Origin: Polyangiaceae bacterium
Lineage (GTDB): Bacteria; Myxococcota_A; Polyangia; Polyangiales; Polyangiaceae
Length of the DNA stretch: 64,000 bases
Assembly: GCA_044222475.1 (NCBI GenBank)
Contig: JBGANF010000013.1
Coordinates: 1 to 64,000, forward strand
Reading direction: 5' to 3'
The translations under genes were made by a program, and so were the position numbers. Below are positions 47,506 through 56,983 of this stretch, in pieces (the first letter of the stretch is position 1; every line of letters begins with the position of its first letter). The notes under the pieces were generated by a model. It saw only the letters and a list, made by a program, of their open reading frames with translations. It made no database searches and had not been told where the DNA came from.

Positions 47506-48609
47506 ATGGACATGCGAACCTCACTCCTCGCCATCCTCGCCGTCGCCGCTTGCGCCACGGCATGCCACAAGGGCTCCTCCACCACCGCCGACGGCGGCGG
47601 CGTGGCGTCGCTCCTCGCGCCCAAGGACGTCACCGCCGACTTCGCGTCGGCGCTCGTCGAGCACCACGAGAACGGCACGGTCGCGATGGTCGTCGGCCCG
47701 GACGGCAAGGCGAGCGCGCTCATCAAGAACGCCGACGGGACGGTGATGAAGGGCAAGATCACCGGCACGATGACGTTCGGGACCGGCGCCGATGCCAAGG
47801 CCGTCCCGGTCGAGGTGGAAGAAGGCACCGGCGTCGTGCGAGCCGCCGGACCTCCGCTGACCGCGGACGTGACGCCGGTGTCCTATGCCCTCGTCGTCGA
47901 CGGCCAGCCTTGGAACGGTGCGGTGGAGCTTCCGCCTGCCGGCACGGCCGAGCTCGTCGCGACCGCGAAGCTCCAACCCGATCCCGCCACGGCAAAGGTC
48001 GGCCCGCACGGCGGCATCATCCAGGTCGTCGGGCCGGACCACATCGAGATCGTCGCCGACAAGGACGCGGGGCAAGCGCGCGTGTTCGTGTTGGACTCGG
48101 ATCTCAAGCCGGTCGATCTCGGCGATCGCAAGGTGACCCTCGCGTTCCGCGACGCCGACGTCGAGGTGGTGCACCTCGTGCCGGAGCCGAAGCACCGCTG
48201 GCTCGTCGCGCCGGTCGTTCTCCACGACGACCCTGCGCGCATCACGGTCGTCGTGCACAACGGACCGGTCGTCCACTCGTGCATCGTCGGGTACACGCCG
48301 ACGGCGCACCTCGTCGTCGTCTCGCCGAAGGCGCCGCGCACGCACGTCTTCGTCACCGGTGTCTGGGCGTGGGGCCCGCGCGTGAAGGTGCGCGGTCACG
48401 GCCACGGTCACGGTCACTGGGAGTACGACGACGACGAGGACGTCGTGTTCGTCGGAGGCGCTCCCGGCGTGGTGGTCGCTCGACCGGGCGTCGTCGTGCA
48501 AGGACCGGGTGTCATCGTGGGCGGTCCGGCGATTCACGTCGGCGGTCCTGCCGTGCACGTCGGCGGCGGCGGTGGTGCCGTGCACGTGGGCGGACACGGG
48601 AAGCACTGA
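47506..48609 (+). CDS. Hypothetical lipoprotein with a His/Gly/Val-rich tail
   Basis: ATAC lipobox; GPHGG; GHGHGHGH and HVGG repeats. Confidence 0.7.
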   Translation: MDMRTSLLAILAVAACATACHKGSSTTADGGGVASLLAPKDVTADFASALVEHHENGTVAMVVGPDGKASALIKNADGTVMKGKITGTMTFGTGADAKAVPVEVEEGTGVVRAAGPPLTADVTPVSYALVVDGQPWNGAVELPPAGTAELVATAKLQPDPATAKVGPHGGIIQVVGPDHIEIVADKDAGQARVFVLDSDLKPVDLGDRKVTLAFRDADVEVVHLVPEPKHRWLVAPVVLHDDPARITVVVHNGPVVHSCIVGYTPTAHLVVVSPKAPRTHVFVTGVWAWGPRVKVRGHGHGHGHWEYDDDEDVVFVGGAPGVVVARPGVVVQGPGVIVGGPAIHVGGPAVHVGGGGGAVHVGGHGKH

Positions 48610-48686
48610 GTCCGAGCCTGAAACCGAATCGGAGTCCGAAACCGAATCGGAGTCCGAAACCGAATCGGAGTCCGAAACCGAATCGG
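48608..48686. repeat. 18-bp tandem repeat GAAACCGAATCGGAGTCC (~3.7 copies) built from GAnnCn hexamers
   Basis: Copies at 48620, 48638, 48656 and a partial copy at 48674. Confidence 0.9.
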
Positions 48687-48690
48687 TGAG

Positions 48691-48718
48691 CCGGGGCCCC
48701 GCTTCGCGCGGGCCCCGG
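48691..48718. terminator. GC-rich hairpin downstream of the four-helix-bundle gene
   Basis: CCGGGGCCC-CGC TTC GCG-C-GGGCCCCGG; no clear U-tract. Confidence 0.5.
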
Positions 48719-48724
48719 TTGCCT

Positions 48725-49039
48725 TCAGTGAGCGAGCTTGTGCAGGGTGGCTGCGATGCGGTCGAGCGCATCCATCGTGCGCTCGTCCCGCGCGATGTAG
48801 CCCCACCCGGCCGCGAGCTCGAGCGCCGCAAGTGTTTCCCGAGTGCTCCCGAGAGCCGTACGAAATCGCTGCCGTGTGTTCCCATCGCGAGGCCCAGAGC
48901 CTTCGGCAGTATTCAGCACGATGCTGGAAGCCGCGCGCCGAAGCTGCCGCCCCAGGTCTGCATCGTGAGCCATGACGGCCCTGACCACCGGAGCCAAGTC
49001 CCGAACCGTGTCCAACGCAAACGATTGAATCTGCAACAT
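48725..49039 (-). CDS. Four-helix-bundle protein (23S rRNA-IVP / bAvd-like superfamily)
   Basis: AAGGAG RBS; QLRRAASSIVLNTAEG and ALGSTRET motifs; 104 aa. Confidence 0.88.
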   Translation of the reverse strand: MLQIQSFALDTVRDLAPVVRAVMAHDADLGRQLRRAASSIVLNTAEGSGPRDGNTRQRFRTALGSTRETLAALELAAGWGYIARDERTMDALDRIAATLHKLAH

Positions 49040-49074
49040 GGTCTTTCTCCTTTGCCCCGGCGCACCTGCGCGAA

Positions 49075-49193
49075 GGCACGTTCGCCCCGCCACGGCGCGC
49101 AGGCCGGCTCAAGGCTGGCGCGCGCTTCGCGCGCCACCGCCGAAGGCGGCTTGGCCTTGAACCGGCCGAGCACCGTGGCACGATCGAACTGCC
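49075..49193. ncRNA. Long imperfect hairpin with a Y-shaped tip upstream of the four-helix-bundle gene
   Basis: Pairs 49075-84/49185-93, 49089-95/49173-79 and 49102-15/49154-67; tip hairpins 49116-36 and 49137-49. Confidence 0.6.
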
Positions 49194-49221
49194 GAGCGAG
49201 GCCTAGTAAGCCGCGAGCGCC

Positions 49222-49279
49222 CTCGGACTCGGACTCGGACTCGGACTCGGACTCGGACTCGGACTCGGCCTCGGACTCG
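49222..49279. repeat. Hexanucleotide microsatellite (CTCGGA), ~9.7 copies
   Basis: 7 perfect copies, one CTCGGC, one perfect copy and a partial copy. Confidence 0.95.
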
Positions 49280-49280
49280 A

Positions 49281-50873
49281 TCAGTGCTTGAACGGATCGT
49301 CCGGCAACCCGACGCTGTGATACGTCGGCGACGTCGCGGCGGTCCCGCCTGATGCCTTCGCCGTCGCGGAGCCCGGCGGCCGCGTGCCGGTGCCGGCCAC
49401 CGGTTTGCCGGTCGGCGTCAGCTTCACCTCGAGCCGCGGCGTCGTCGTCGTGAGCGTCACCGTCTTCGATTCGTAGCCCGCGCGCGAGATGACGAAGTCG
49501 ATCGACTCGCCATCGGCGAGCTCGACGATGACCGGCACCGCGACTTCTTTTCCGTCGCGCGTCACCTTGGCGTCGCGGGGCTCGACCGAGGCGAGCGCGA
49601 CGGGCTTCTTCGCCGCGGGCGCCGTGGTCGTCGTCGCGGGTCCGGTCGCGACGCTTGCAGTCGTGGTCGTCGCGGTCGTCGTGGTGGCGGTCGCGGTCGG
49701 ATCCGGCTGCGCCTGGGTCGTCGACGACTTGGCGAAGATCGCGACCACGATGGCGATCGCGGTGACGACCCCGGCGATGCCGGCGATGAGCGGCAGGCGC
49801 GACCGTTTCGCTGCGCGCCCACCCGGTGTGCCCGGCACGGGCTCCGGCATGCCACCGGCGCGGAAATAATCGGCCGGGACGTTGAACCCGCCCGAGCGCG
49901 CCATCATCTCGTTGACGGCTTCGGGCATGCCGCCCGCTTCGAGCGTCTCGAGATCCTTCACGAGCGCTTCCATCGTCGGGTAGCGCGCCTCGGCCTTCTT
50001 CGAGAGGCACTTGAGCACGATCGCGTCGAGGCCCGGCGGGATCTCCTGAGGCGCCGGAACGAGCGCGCGCATCGGGACCGGCGCCTTGTACATGTGCATC
50101 GTGAGGATGCCCATGAAGTTCTCCGCGTCGAACGGCACCTTGCCGGCCGCCATCTCGTAGAGCATGACGCCGAGCGAGTAGACGTCGGTCGATTGCGTCA
50201 CCGTCGCGCCGGCGGCTTGCTCGGGCGACATGTAGTGCGGCGTCCCGAAGACGCTCCCCGCGCGGGTGAGCTTCGCCGATTCTCCGCCGACCTTCGCGAT
50301 GCCGAAGTCGAGGATCTTCACGAAGTCCTTCTCTTGCCCGCGCGTGATGAGCATCACGTTGTCGGGCTTGAGGTCACGGTGAATGATGCCGGCGGCGTGG
50401 GCCGCGCCGAGGCCTTGGGCGATCTGCTTGGCGATCTTCGTGATGCGCGACACCGGAAGCGGGCGCTGCGTGTCCATCACGTGGCTCAGGCTCGAGCCGT
50501 CGAGGAACTCCATCACGAAGTACGTCGCCCCGTCGGGGAGGACGCCGAAGTCCGAGATGTCGATGATGTGCTGGTTGCCGATCGCCGACGCGGCGCGCGC
50601 CTCTTGGAGGAACCGCTGCGCGACCTCGGCGTCGTTCTGCATCTCGCCGCGGAGGACCTTCACGGCCACGCGCTTGTCGATCATCTTGTGACGCGCTCGG
50701 TAGACGAGCCCCATGCCGCCCTGACCGAGGACGCCTTCGATGAGGTACCGCCCGTCGATGACCTTGCCTACGAGGGCGTCGGGCGCAGCGACCGGGGGCG
50801 GCGCGCTGGTCGCACCGAGCTGCTCGAGCGGGGCCTGCCGGGTCTCCGAGTTGGCGAACTTCGTGTCACTCAT
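49281..50873 (-). CDS. Membrane Ser/Thr protein kinase
   Basis: GQGGMG, VAVK, HRDLKPDN, DFG and SPE motifs; TM segment; Thr-rich linker; PEGA-like end. Confidence 0.93.
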   Translation of the reverse strand: MSDTKFANSETRQAPLEQLGATSAPPPVAAPDALVGKVIDGRYLIEGVLGQGGMGLVYRARHKMIDKRVAVKVLRGEMQNDAEVAQRFLQEARAASAIGNQHIIDISDFGVLPDGATYFVMEFLDGSSLSHVMDTQRPLPVSRITKIAKQIAQGLGAAHAAGIIHRDLKPDNVMLITRGQEKDFVKILDFGIAKVGGESAKLTRAGSVFGTPHYMSPEQAAGATVTQSTDVYSLGVMLYEMAAGKVPFDAENFMGILTMHMYKAPVPMRALVPAPQEIPPGLDAIVLKCLSKKAEARYPTMEALVKDLETLEAGGMPEAVNEMMARSGGFNVPADYFRAGGMPEPVPGTPGGRAAKRSRLPLIAGIAGVVTAIAIVVAIFAKSSTTQAQPDPTATATTTTATTTTASVATGPATTTTAPAAKKPVALASVEPRDAKVTRDGKEVAVPVIVELADGESIDFVISRAGYESKTVTLTTTTPRLEVKLTPTGKPVAGTGTRPPGSATAKASGGTAATSPTYHSVGLPDDPFKH

Positions 50874-51002
50874 TTCGCGCGAGCCTCACTATAGACCCTC
50901 CCTCCAAAAAGACCCATTCTCGGGCCTCGACGCTCCTACCTTTGGCGACACGGAACAATTGAAGGGTTCCACGTGCTACTGGTGCGTCTCGGGCCCCCCG
51001 CC

Positions 51003-52484
51003 ATGGGATTTCCTCTCCTCTTAGCGCTCCGTTATCTCCGCTCGAAGAAGCGTCAGTCGGTCTCGGTCGGCACCGCCTTCGCGACGATCGGCGTCACGTT
51101 GGGCGTGGCCGCACTCGCGATCGTAATGAGCGTGACGGGCGGCTTCCAGGAGCAATTTCGTGACAAGGTCTTGGGCGTCAACGCGCACGTCCTCGTCCTG
51201 AAGTACTCGATCGATTTTCGCGAGTACCGCGACGTCATGAAGAAGTGCGAGAAGATCCCCGGAGTCGTCGGGGTCGCGCCGTTCATCATCAACCCGATGA
51301 TGGTGACGCACGGCGATCGCACCGCCACCGGCGTGCTCCTCAAGGGCGTCGATCCGGTGCTGATGCCGAAGGTCCTCGATCTCCCGAAGCACATCACCGC
51401 CGGCTCGCTCGACGGGCTCCGGCGGCCCGACGCCAAGCCTCCCGAGCGGCGCACCGGGTTGAAGGCGTCGCCCGAGGGTAGCGCGGGCGCGCCGCTCAAG
51501 TCACCGCTCGAGGCGATGGGTCTCCCCGATCCGCAAGCCAGCGCGCTCGCGCCTCCGCCCGGCGGGTTCGCTCCTCCGGGGGCCGTCACGCCGGAGGGGG
51601 GCTTCCAGTCGCAGCTCCCCGACGTGGACGTCCTCCCCGACGAGATCGATCCCGACCCGTGCAAGAGCGCCGACCAGGTGAAGAAGATGCCCGGCATCGT
51701 CGTCGGTCGTACGCTCGCGAAGCAGCTCGGCGTCGAGATCGGCGACTGCGTGCAGGTCACGTCGCCGACGATCGGTCTCGCGTTCGGCGCGAGCTCGCGC
51801 CCACCGGTCGCGAAGCAGTTCCGCGTGATCGCCACCTTCGAAGCCGGCTTCGATCAGTACGACTCGAAGCTCGTCTACACCGACCTCTACGAAGCACAGG
51901 CCTTCTACGATCAAGGCGACAGCGTCACCGGCGTCGAGATGAAGGTCGACGACATCGACGACTCGAAGGCGATCACGATGGAGGTCGATCGCCGCCTCGG
52001 CAACAGCGTCTATCACACGATGGACTGGATGGACCTGAACCACGGGCTGTTCACCGCGCTACTCATCCAGCAGATCGGGATGAGCGTCGTGCTGGCGCTC
52101 ATCATCGTCGTCGCGGCGTTCACCGTCGTCGCGACGTTGATCATGATCGTCCTCGACAAGAAGAAGGAGATCGCTCTCCTCAAAGCCCTCGGCGCGAGAG
52201 ATTCGGAGATACTCCGCGCCTTCCTCTACCAAGGCGCGATCATCGGGGTGGTGGGGACCACGCTCGGGCTCGCGGTAGGCTACGCCTGCTGCAAAGGGCT
52301 CCTCGCGTACGGGTTCCCGCTGGACCCGAAGGTCTACTTCATCTCCCGCTTGCCGGTGAGCGTCCGGCCCCAGGAGTTCCTCATCACCGGTGCATTCTCC
52401 ATCTTCATTTGCCTGGTCGCGACGATGTTCCCGGCACTATACGCTGCGAATCTGCGCCCGGCGGATGGCCTCCGGGCGGAATAG
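51003..52484 (+). CDS. LolC/E-type lipoprotein-releasing ABC permease (FtsX family)
   Basis: ALRYL, GVAALAIVMSV and KKKEIALLKALGA motifs; four-TM layout. Confidence 0.88.
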   Translation: MGFPLLLALRYLRSKKRQSVSVGTAFATIGVTLGVAALAIVMSVTGGFQEQFRDKVLGVNAHVLVLKYSIDFREYRDVMKKCEKIPGVVGVAPFIINPMMVTHGDRTATGVLLKGVDPVLMPKVLDLPKHITAGSLDGLRRPDAKPPERRTGLKASPEGSAGAPLKSPLEAMGLPDPQASALAPPPGGFAPPGAVTPEGGFQSQLPDVDVLPDEIDPDPCKSADQVKKMPGIVVGRTLAKQLGVEIGDCVQVTSPTIGLAFGASSRPPVAKQFRVIATFEAGFDQYDSKLVYTDLYEAQAFYDQGDSVTGVEMKVDDIDDSKAITMEVDRRLGNSVYHTMDWMDLNHGLFTALLIQQIGMSVVLALIIVVAAFTVVATLIMIVLDKKKEIALLKALGARDSEILRAFLYQGAIIGVVGTTLGLAVGYACCKGLLAYGFPLDPKVYFISRLPVSVRPQEFLITGAFSIFICLVATMFPALYAANLRPADGLRAE

Positions 52485-52582
52485 TTTTACCCTGCAAGAA
52501 TGGAGCAGGTATCGTTGACCGTCGCGCGGGCACGCTGATAAGGATGTGCGGCCGCACCCCTCCTTGAGGTCGGCACGAATCG

Positions 52583-54199
52583 ATGCGTTGGATCGTTGAC
52601 GTGAGTTCCATGGATTCTTCGACCGACACGCAGAGCTACTGCGTGGAGGCGGAGTCCTGGCAAGGAGCACTCCAATCGGCTCGGCGCCTTCGCGGCGACG
52701 ACAGCCGCATGGCCGGCTTCTCGATCGACATCACGAACGACGGGTGCAAAGCCGTCGACCCGGCAGCTCGCCGTCGCTACGAGGTGAAGCGCACCAAGGA
52801 CGACGCGCCGCTGACCCCGGGCGCGGAGGCACCGCCGTCTCGCCGGAGCAAGCCTCCGAAGAGCGGCAAGACGCCGGCGCCCGCCCCGACGACCAAGAAG
52901 CTCCCGGACCAGACGGTACCGATGGACGCGGTCGACGCGGACACCGTCGCGATCCCCCCGTCCGAGAAGAGCGTTCCCAAGGCAGTCGCGTCGGCCCCGT
53001 CGGTCGCCAAACCGCCGCCGCCCAAGGCCGCCGCGTCGGCGCCCAAGCTTCCGGCGCAGAAGCCCCCCACGCCCGCACCGTCGAAGCGTCCGACGTCGGA
53101 GCCGCCGGTTCCCCCCGTGGTGATCACCCGCGAGCAGAACCCCACTCCCGAGGTGCCGCTCACCTACCGCGAGTACGGGTTCGTCGTGCCCGCCGGCACG
53201 ACCGAGGACGCGGCAGCGCAGATCCTCTTGGTGCAGTATGCACGCATCAAGCGCACGCTCGAGAGCGCGCCGGCCGGCAAGCTCGTGAACCTCGCCGCGT
53301 TCGACGTGGTGTTCGAGGGTCCGCCGCCGGTGAAGCCCGTGGCGACGCTCACCTGGAAGGACTGGCGCGGCGAGCCGACGACCGCCTTCCCGCGTCGGAA
53401 GAAGAAGTCGAGCGCGCCGCCTCCCGCCGTCGCGGCCGCCCCCGCCGTCGTGATCCCGCCCGCCGCTGCAATCCCGGTCATTTCGCCCGCGCCCGCACCC
53501 GCGCCCGCACCCGCACCCGCACCCGAACCGGTGCCCGTCGCGGTCGCACCCGCCCAAGCCCCTGCGCGCCCGGCCTCGAACCCGCCGCCGGCGCCCGCCG
53601 CGCGTCCGCCGTCGAACCCGCCGCCCGCGCGCCGCGCGTCGATCCCGCCGACGTCCGGGCCCCGCGTCCGCGGCGAGGAGCTCATCTCGGTCCTCTTCGA
53701 GGCCATGCACGACCTCCACTTCCAACGTGACGCCGTCGAAGGCGCCGACTTCTGCCTTCGCCTCGCGCTCCAGCAGCTCCCGTCCCGTTTTGGGATCGTC
53801 TACTTCTACGACATCGACAAGCGCGAGTACGTCGTCGTGGCGGTGCGGGGCCCGCAAGCCCCGTCGATCCTCCTCCGCCGCACGCCCGACACCGAGGCCG
53901 CGTTCGCCCAAGCGACGCGTCGCCGCCGCGCCCTCCTCCTCGCGGGCGAAGAGCTGACGGCCCACGGCCCGATCGTCGGGAGCGCGAAGAGCGTCATCCT
54001 CGCGCCGGTCATGGACGTCGGCCGCTACCTCGGCGCGATCGAGCTCGTCGATCCCGAAGACGGGCACGCCTTCACCGAGCTCGACGCGAACGCTGTGTCG
54101 TACATCGCCGGTCAGCTCGCCGAGTTCGCCTCGGCCCGCGGCGTCATCGTCGACCCCGAACGCGTCAGCGAGACGGCAGCCCAGGTTCGAGCCCGCTAG
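52583..54199 (+). CDS. Pro-rich protein with a C-terminal GAF domain
   Basis: SVILAPV...YLGAIELV...FTELD GAF pattern. Confidence 0.7.
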   Translation: MRWIVDVSSMDSSTDTQSYCVEAESWQGALQSARRLRGDDSRMAGFSIDITNDGCKAVDPAARRRYEVKRTKDDAPLTPGAEAPPSRRSKPPKSGKTPAPAPTTKKLPDQTVPMDAVDADTVAIPPSEKSVPKAVASAPSVAKPPPPKAAASAPKLPAQKPPTPAPSKRPTSEPPVPPVVITREQNPTPEVPLTYREYGFVVPAGTTEDAAAQILLVQYARIKRTLESAPAGKLVNLAAFDVVFEGPPPVKPVATLTWKDWRGEPTTAFPRRKKKSSAPPPAVAAAPAVVIPPAAAIPVISPAPAPAPAPAPAPEPVPVAVAPAQAPARPASNPPPAPAARPPSNPPPARRASIPPTSGPRVRGEELISVLFEAMHDLHFQRDAVEGADFCLRLALQQLPSRFGIVYFYDIDKREYVVVAVRGPQAPSILLRRTPDTEAAFAQATRRRRALLLAGEELTAHGPIVGSAKSVILAPVMDVGRYLGAIELVDPEDGHAFTELDANAVSYIAGQLAEFASARGVIVDPERVSETAAQVRAR

Positions 54200-54221
54200 A
54201 CGAAGCGGAAGGAGCACACGC

Positions 54222-55844
54222 GTGGAGTCTTCGCGCCGTGACAGAGCCCTCTTCTTCGTGCTGTTGCCGGCCGTTCTCGTCGCCGTCGCCGTTCTCGCGT
54301 ACTTCACGATCCGAACCACGTTCCAGCTCGACAAGCTCGGCCAGCAGGCCGTCTTCGAGTCCACCTACAGCCTCGCGACCGAGAAGGCCGATCGCCTCGA
54401 CAAGCGCATCATCACCGAGGACAACGTCGTCTTCGCCATCGCCGATCCGGCGCACCTCTCCGATCTCCCGTCGCGCTGGCTGCCCACCGCCCAGCGCGAG
54501 ACGCCGACGGTGCGCGCGATCCTCGTTCTCGACGAGGCGCTCGAGGTCCTCGCGTTCGCGTCGCGCGCCGGCGGCGCCTGGGCCGACGAGGAGACGTTTC
54601 GTCGCCTCCTCGTGAGCCGGATGGCGAGCGACATGACGCTCCCGTCGCAGCCTCTCGACGAGCTTCGTCACCTCCACCGCGAGTACAACGGCCAGAGCTA
54701 CCTCGTGAGCTACTGGCAGCGCGTGAGCGAAGGGCGACGCTACATCGTCGTCGCCTGGCACGACGTCGGTCGCATCGTGAAGGACACGTTCCCCTCGCTC
54801 TACCCCGAGGCCAACGCGAGCGGCGCGAGCCGCGTGAACGTGGTCGACGAAGACGGCCGCATCATCTTCGGCCCACCGCTGAACAGCGGCGAGTTCACCG
54901 TAGGCGTGTCGTTCCCGACCACGCTCTACAACTGGCGGCTCCAAGTCGCGCCGACGAAGAGCGAAGAGCTGAGAAGCGGCGTCCAGTCACGCAAGACGCT
55001 GGAGATCACGCTCGTCTCGCTCTCGTGCATCGTCATCGTCGCCGGCGTGTTCGCGATCTTGCTCGCCGTGCAACGCGAGCGGCGCATGAACGAGCTCAAG
55101 AGCGAGTTCGTCGCCAACGTGAGCCACGAGCTCAAGACGCCGCTCGCGCTCGTCCGCATGTTCGGGGAGATGCTGCAGTCGGGGCGCGTCTCCAGCGACG
55201 AGAAGCGAAAGGAGTACCTCGACATCATCGTCCACGAGAGCGAGCGCCTCTCGAGCCTGATCGAGAACGTGCTCGACTTCGCGCGCGTGGAGCGCGGGCG
55301 CGAAGCGTACGATTTCAGCGACGGTGACGTGAGCGAGCCGGTGCGCAAAGCGGTCCAGGCGCTGCGGGTTCGCGCCGAGCGCGAGGCGGTTGCTCTGGAC
55401 TACCGTCAGGACGAGGAGTTGCCGCTCGTCCGGCTGGACGAACGTGCCGTGCAGCTCCTCGTCATGAACCTCGTCGACAACGCCATCAAGTACGCCGCCG
55501 ACGGCAAGATCGTTAGGATCAGCGTCGCTCGGGACGGGGACGAGGTCGTCGTCCGCGTGGCGGACGAGGGGCCCGGCATCCGAAAAGCCGAACAAGAGCG
55601 TATTTTCGAGCGTTTCGTGCGCGGATCGGCCGCGCGAGCGGCCACGACGGAGGCCCGTCCGGGGTCGGGGAAGGTGCCCGTGCGAGGCAGCGGGATCGGG
55701 CTCGCCCTCGTGAAGCACATCGCCGAAGCCCACGGCGGCACCGTGTCGGTGGAGAGCGAGGAGGGGAAGGGGAGCACCTTCGTCGTTCGCCTGCCCGCGC
55801 TCGCCACGCCCGTCTCGAGCGGAGAGAGAGCGAACGCCCATTGA
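54222..55844 (+). CDS. Membrane sensor histidine kinase
   Basis: [23 protein letters not shown] and GSGIGL motifs; two TMs. Confidence 0.93.
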   Translation: MESSRRDRALFFVLLPAVLVAVAVLAYFTIRTTFQLDKLGQQAVFESTYSLATEKADRLDKRIITEDNVVFAIADPAHLSDLPSRWLPTAQRETPTVRAILVLDEALEVLAFASRAGGAWADEETFRRLLVSRMASDMTLPSQPLDELRHLHREYNGQSYLVSYWQRVSEGRRYIVVAWHDVGRIVKDTFPSLYPEANASGASRVNVVDEDGRIIFGPPLNSGEFTVGVSFPTTLYNWRLQVAPTKSEELRSGVQSRKTLEITLVSLSCIVIVAGVFAILLAVQRERRMNELKSEFVANVSHELKTPLALVRMFGEMLQSGRVSSDEKRKEYLDIIVHESERLSSLIENVLDFARVERGREAYDFSDGDVSEPVRKAVQALRVRAEREAVALDYRQDEELPLVRLDERAVQLLVMNLVDNAIKYAADGKIVRISVARDGDEVVVRVADEGPGIRKAEQERIFERFVRGSAARAATTEARPGSGKVPVRGSGIGLALVKHIAEAHGGTVSVESEEGKGSTFVVRLPALATPVSSGERANAH

Positions 55845-55868
55845 CGGCGCGCGCGCGCGCGATATCGT
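55841..55868 (+). promoter_or_regulatory. Putative sigma70 promoter with an alternating-GC spacer
   Basis: TTGACG-16-TATCGT; spacer 55847-55861 is (GC)7G. Confidence 0.5.
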
Positions 55869-55932
55869 CAAGGGGGAGAGAGAAAACCGGCCCACACCAT
55901 GTGGCCCGGTGGAGTCATCAAGGTCGATTTCA

Positions 55933-56835
55933 ATGGCGAACGAGGATGCGAAGCTGTTCGTTGCCGGGCTGCCGGACAGCATTTCGGAAGATGTACTGAA
56001 GCAGCTCTTCGAAGCGACCGGCGGGACGGTCGTTCAAGTGAGCCTGCCGAAGGACCGGATGACCGGTCGCCCGCGCGGGTTTGGATTCGTCACCCTGGCC
56101 ACACCGGCCGAAGCGCAAGCCGCGCGCGATGCGCTCGATGGCTCGTTGCAGGCGGGAAAATCGATCTCCGTGCGGCCGTTCCAAGCCGAGCCGCCGCGTC
56201 GTGACGCAGCTGGTCCGCCGGGCTCTCGCCCTGGTTCATTCGGTGGAGGTCCACGATCGAGCGGCCCCGGCAGCGGTGGCCCGGCTGCGCCGGATCGAAC
56301 GCTCTACGTCGGCAACCTTCCGTACGACTGCACCCAGCTCGAGCTGGAGACTCTGATCAACGGCGTCACCGGCGAAGCTGGTCAGGTCGTGCGCATCCAC
56401 ATGCCGATGGACCAGGATGGTCGCAAGCGCGGCTTCGGGTTCGTCACGCTCTCGAGCGGCGAAACCGCGAAGGCAGCGGCGGAAGCGCTCAAGACGGCCG
56501 ACCTCCGCGGTCGTCGTCTCGTCGTGAACCTCGCTCACCCCAAGGGTGACCGTCCGCCTCGCGCCGATGGCGGCGGGTTCGGCGGGGGTGGCGGCGGCTA
56601 CGGCGGCGGTGGCGGTGGCTACGGCGGCGGCGGTGGCGGCGGTTTCCCCGGCGGAGGAGGCGGCTTCCCGTCCTCGGGACCCCCACCCCAGCGAAAGACG
56701 TTCGACAGCGAGCGACGCCGCAAGGCCGGCGGCGCGGGCGGTGGCGACGAAGGCCCGCCCAAGAAGGGCGGTCGCCGTGACCGCGACGCCGACGACCGTG
56801 CGGGACGCGGTCGCGACGACTGGGATGACGACTAG
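55933..56835 (+). CDS. RNA-binding protein with two RRM domains and a Gly-rich tail
   Basis: RNP2 LFVAGL and LYVGNL; RNP1 RGFGFV twice. Confidence 0.92.
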   Translation: MANEDAKLFVAGLPDSISEDVLKQLFEATGGTVVQVSLPKDRMTGRPRGFGFVTLATPAEAQAARDALDGSLQAGKSISVRPFQAEPPRRDAAGPPGSRPGSFGGGPRSSGPGSGGPAAPDRTLYVGNLPYDCTQLELETLINGVTGEAGQVVRIHMPMDQDGRKRGFGFVTLSSGETAKAAAEALKTADLRGRRLVVNLAHPKGDRPPRADGGGFGGGGGGYGGGGGGYGGGGGGGFPGGGGGFPSSGPPPQRKTFDSERRRKAGGAGGGDEGPPKKGGRRDRDADDRAGRGRDDWDDD

Positions 56836-56983
56836 CCCCGCTCGGTCGCGCTGAGTGGGTAGTGCCTCGCCGAAGCCGCTACCACGCGGCTTGAACGACG
56901 CGCGTGTGCACGTTGGAAGCTCCGCATTTCCGCTCGACAAGATGACAGAGGTAGGTAGGCTTCGTGCAAGGGGAGGTAGGAGC

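Noticed and set aside
48608..48686. CRISPR array
   Set aside because: Head-to-tail 18-mers with no spacers, and no cas genes in the window.
48725..49193. DGR or retron
   Set aside because: No reverse transcriptase in the window and no TR/VR pair seen.
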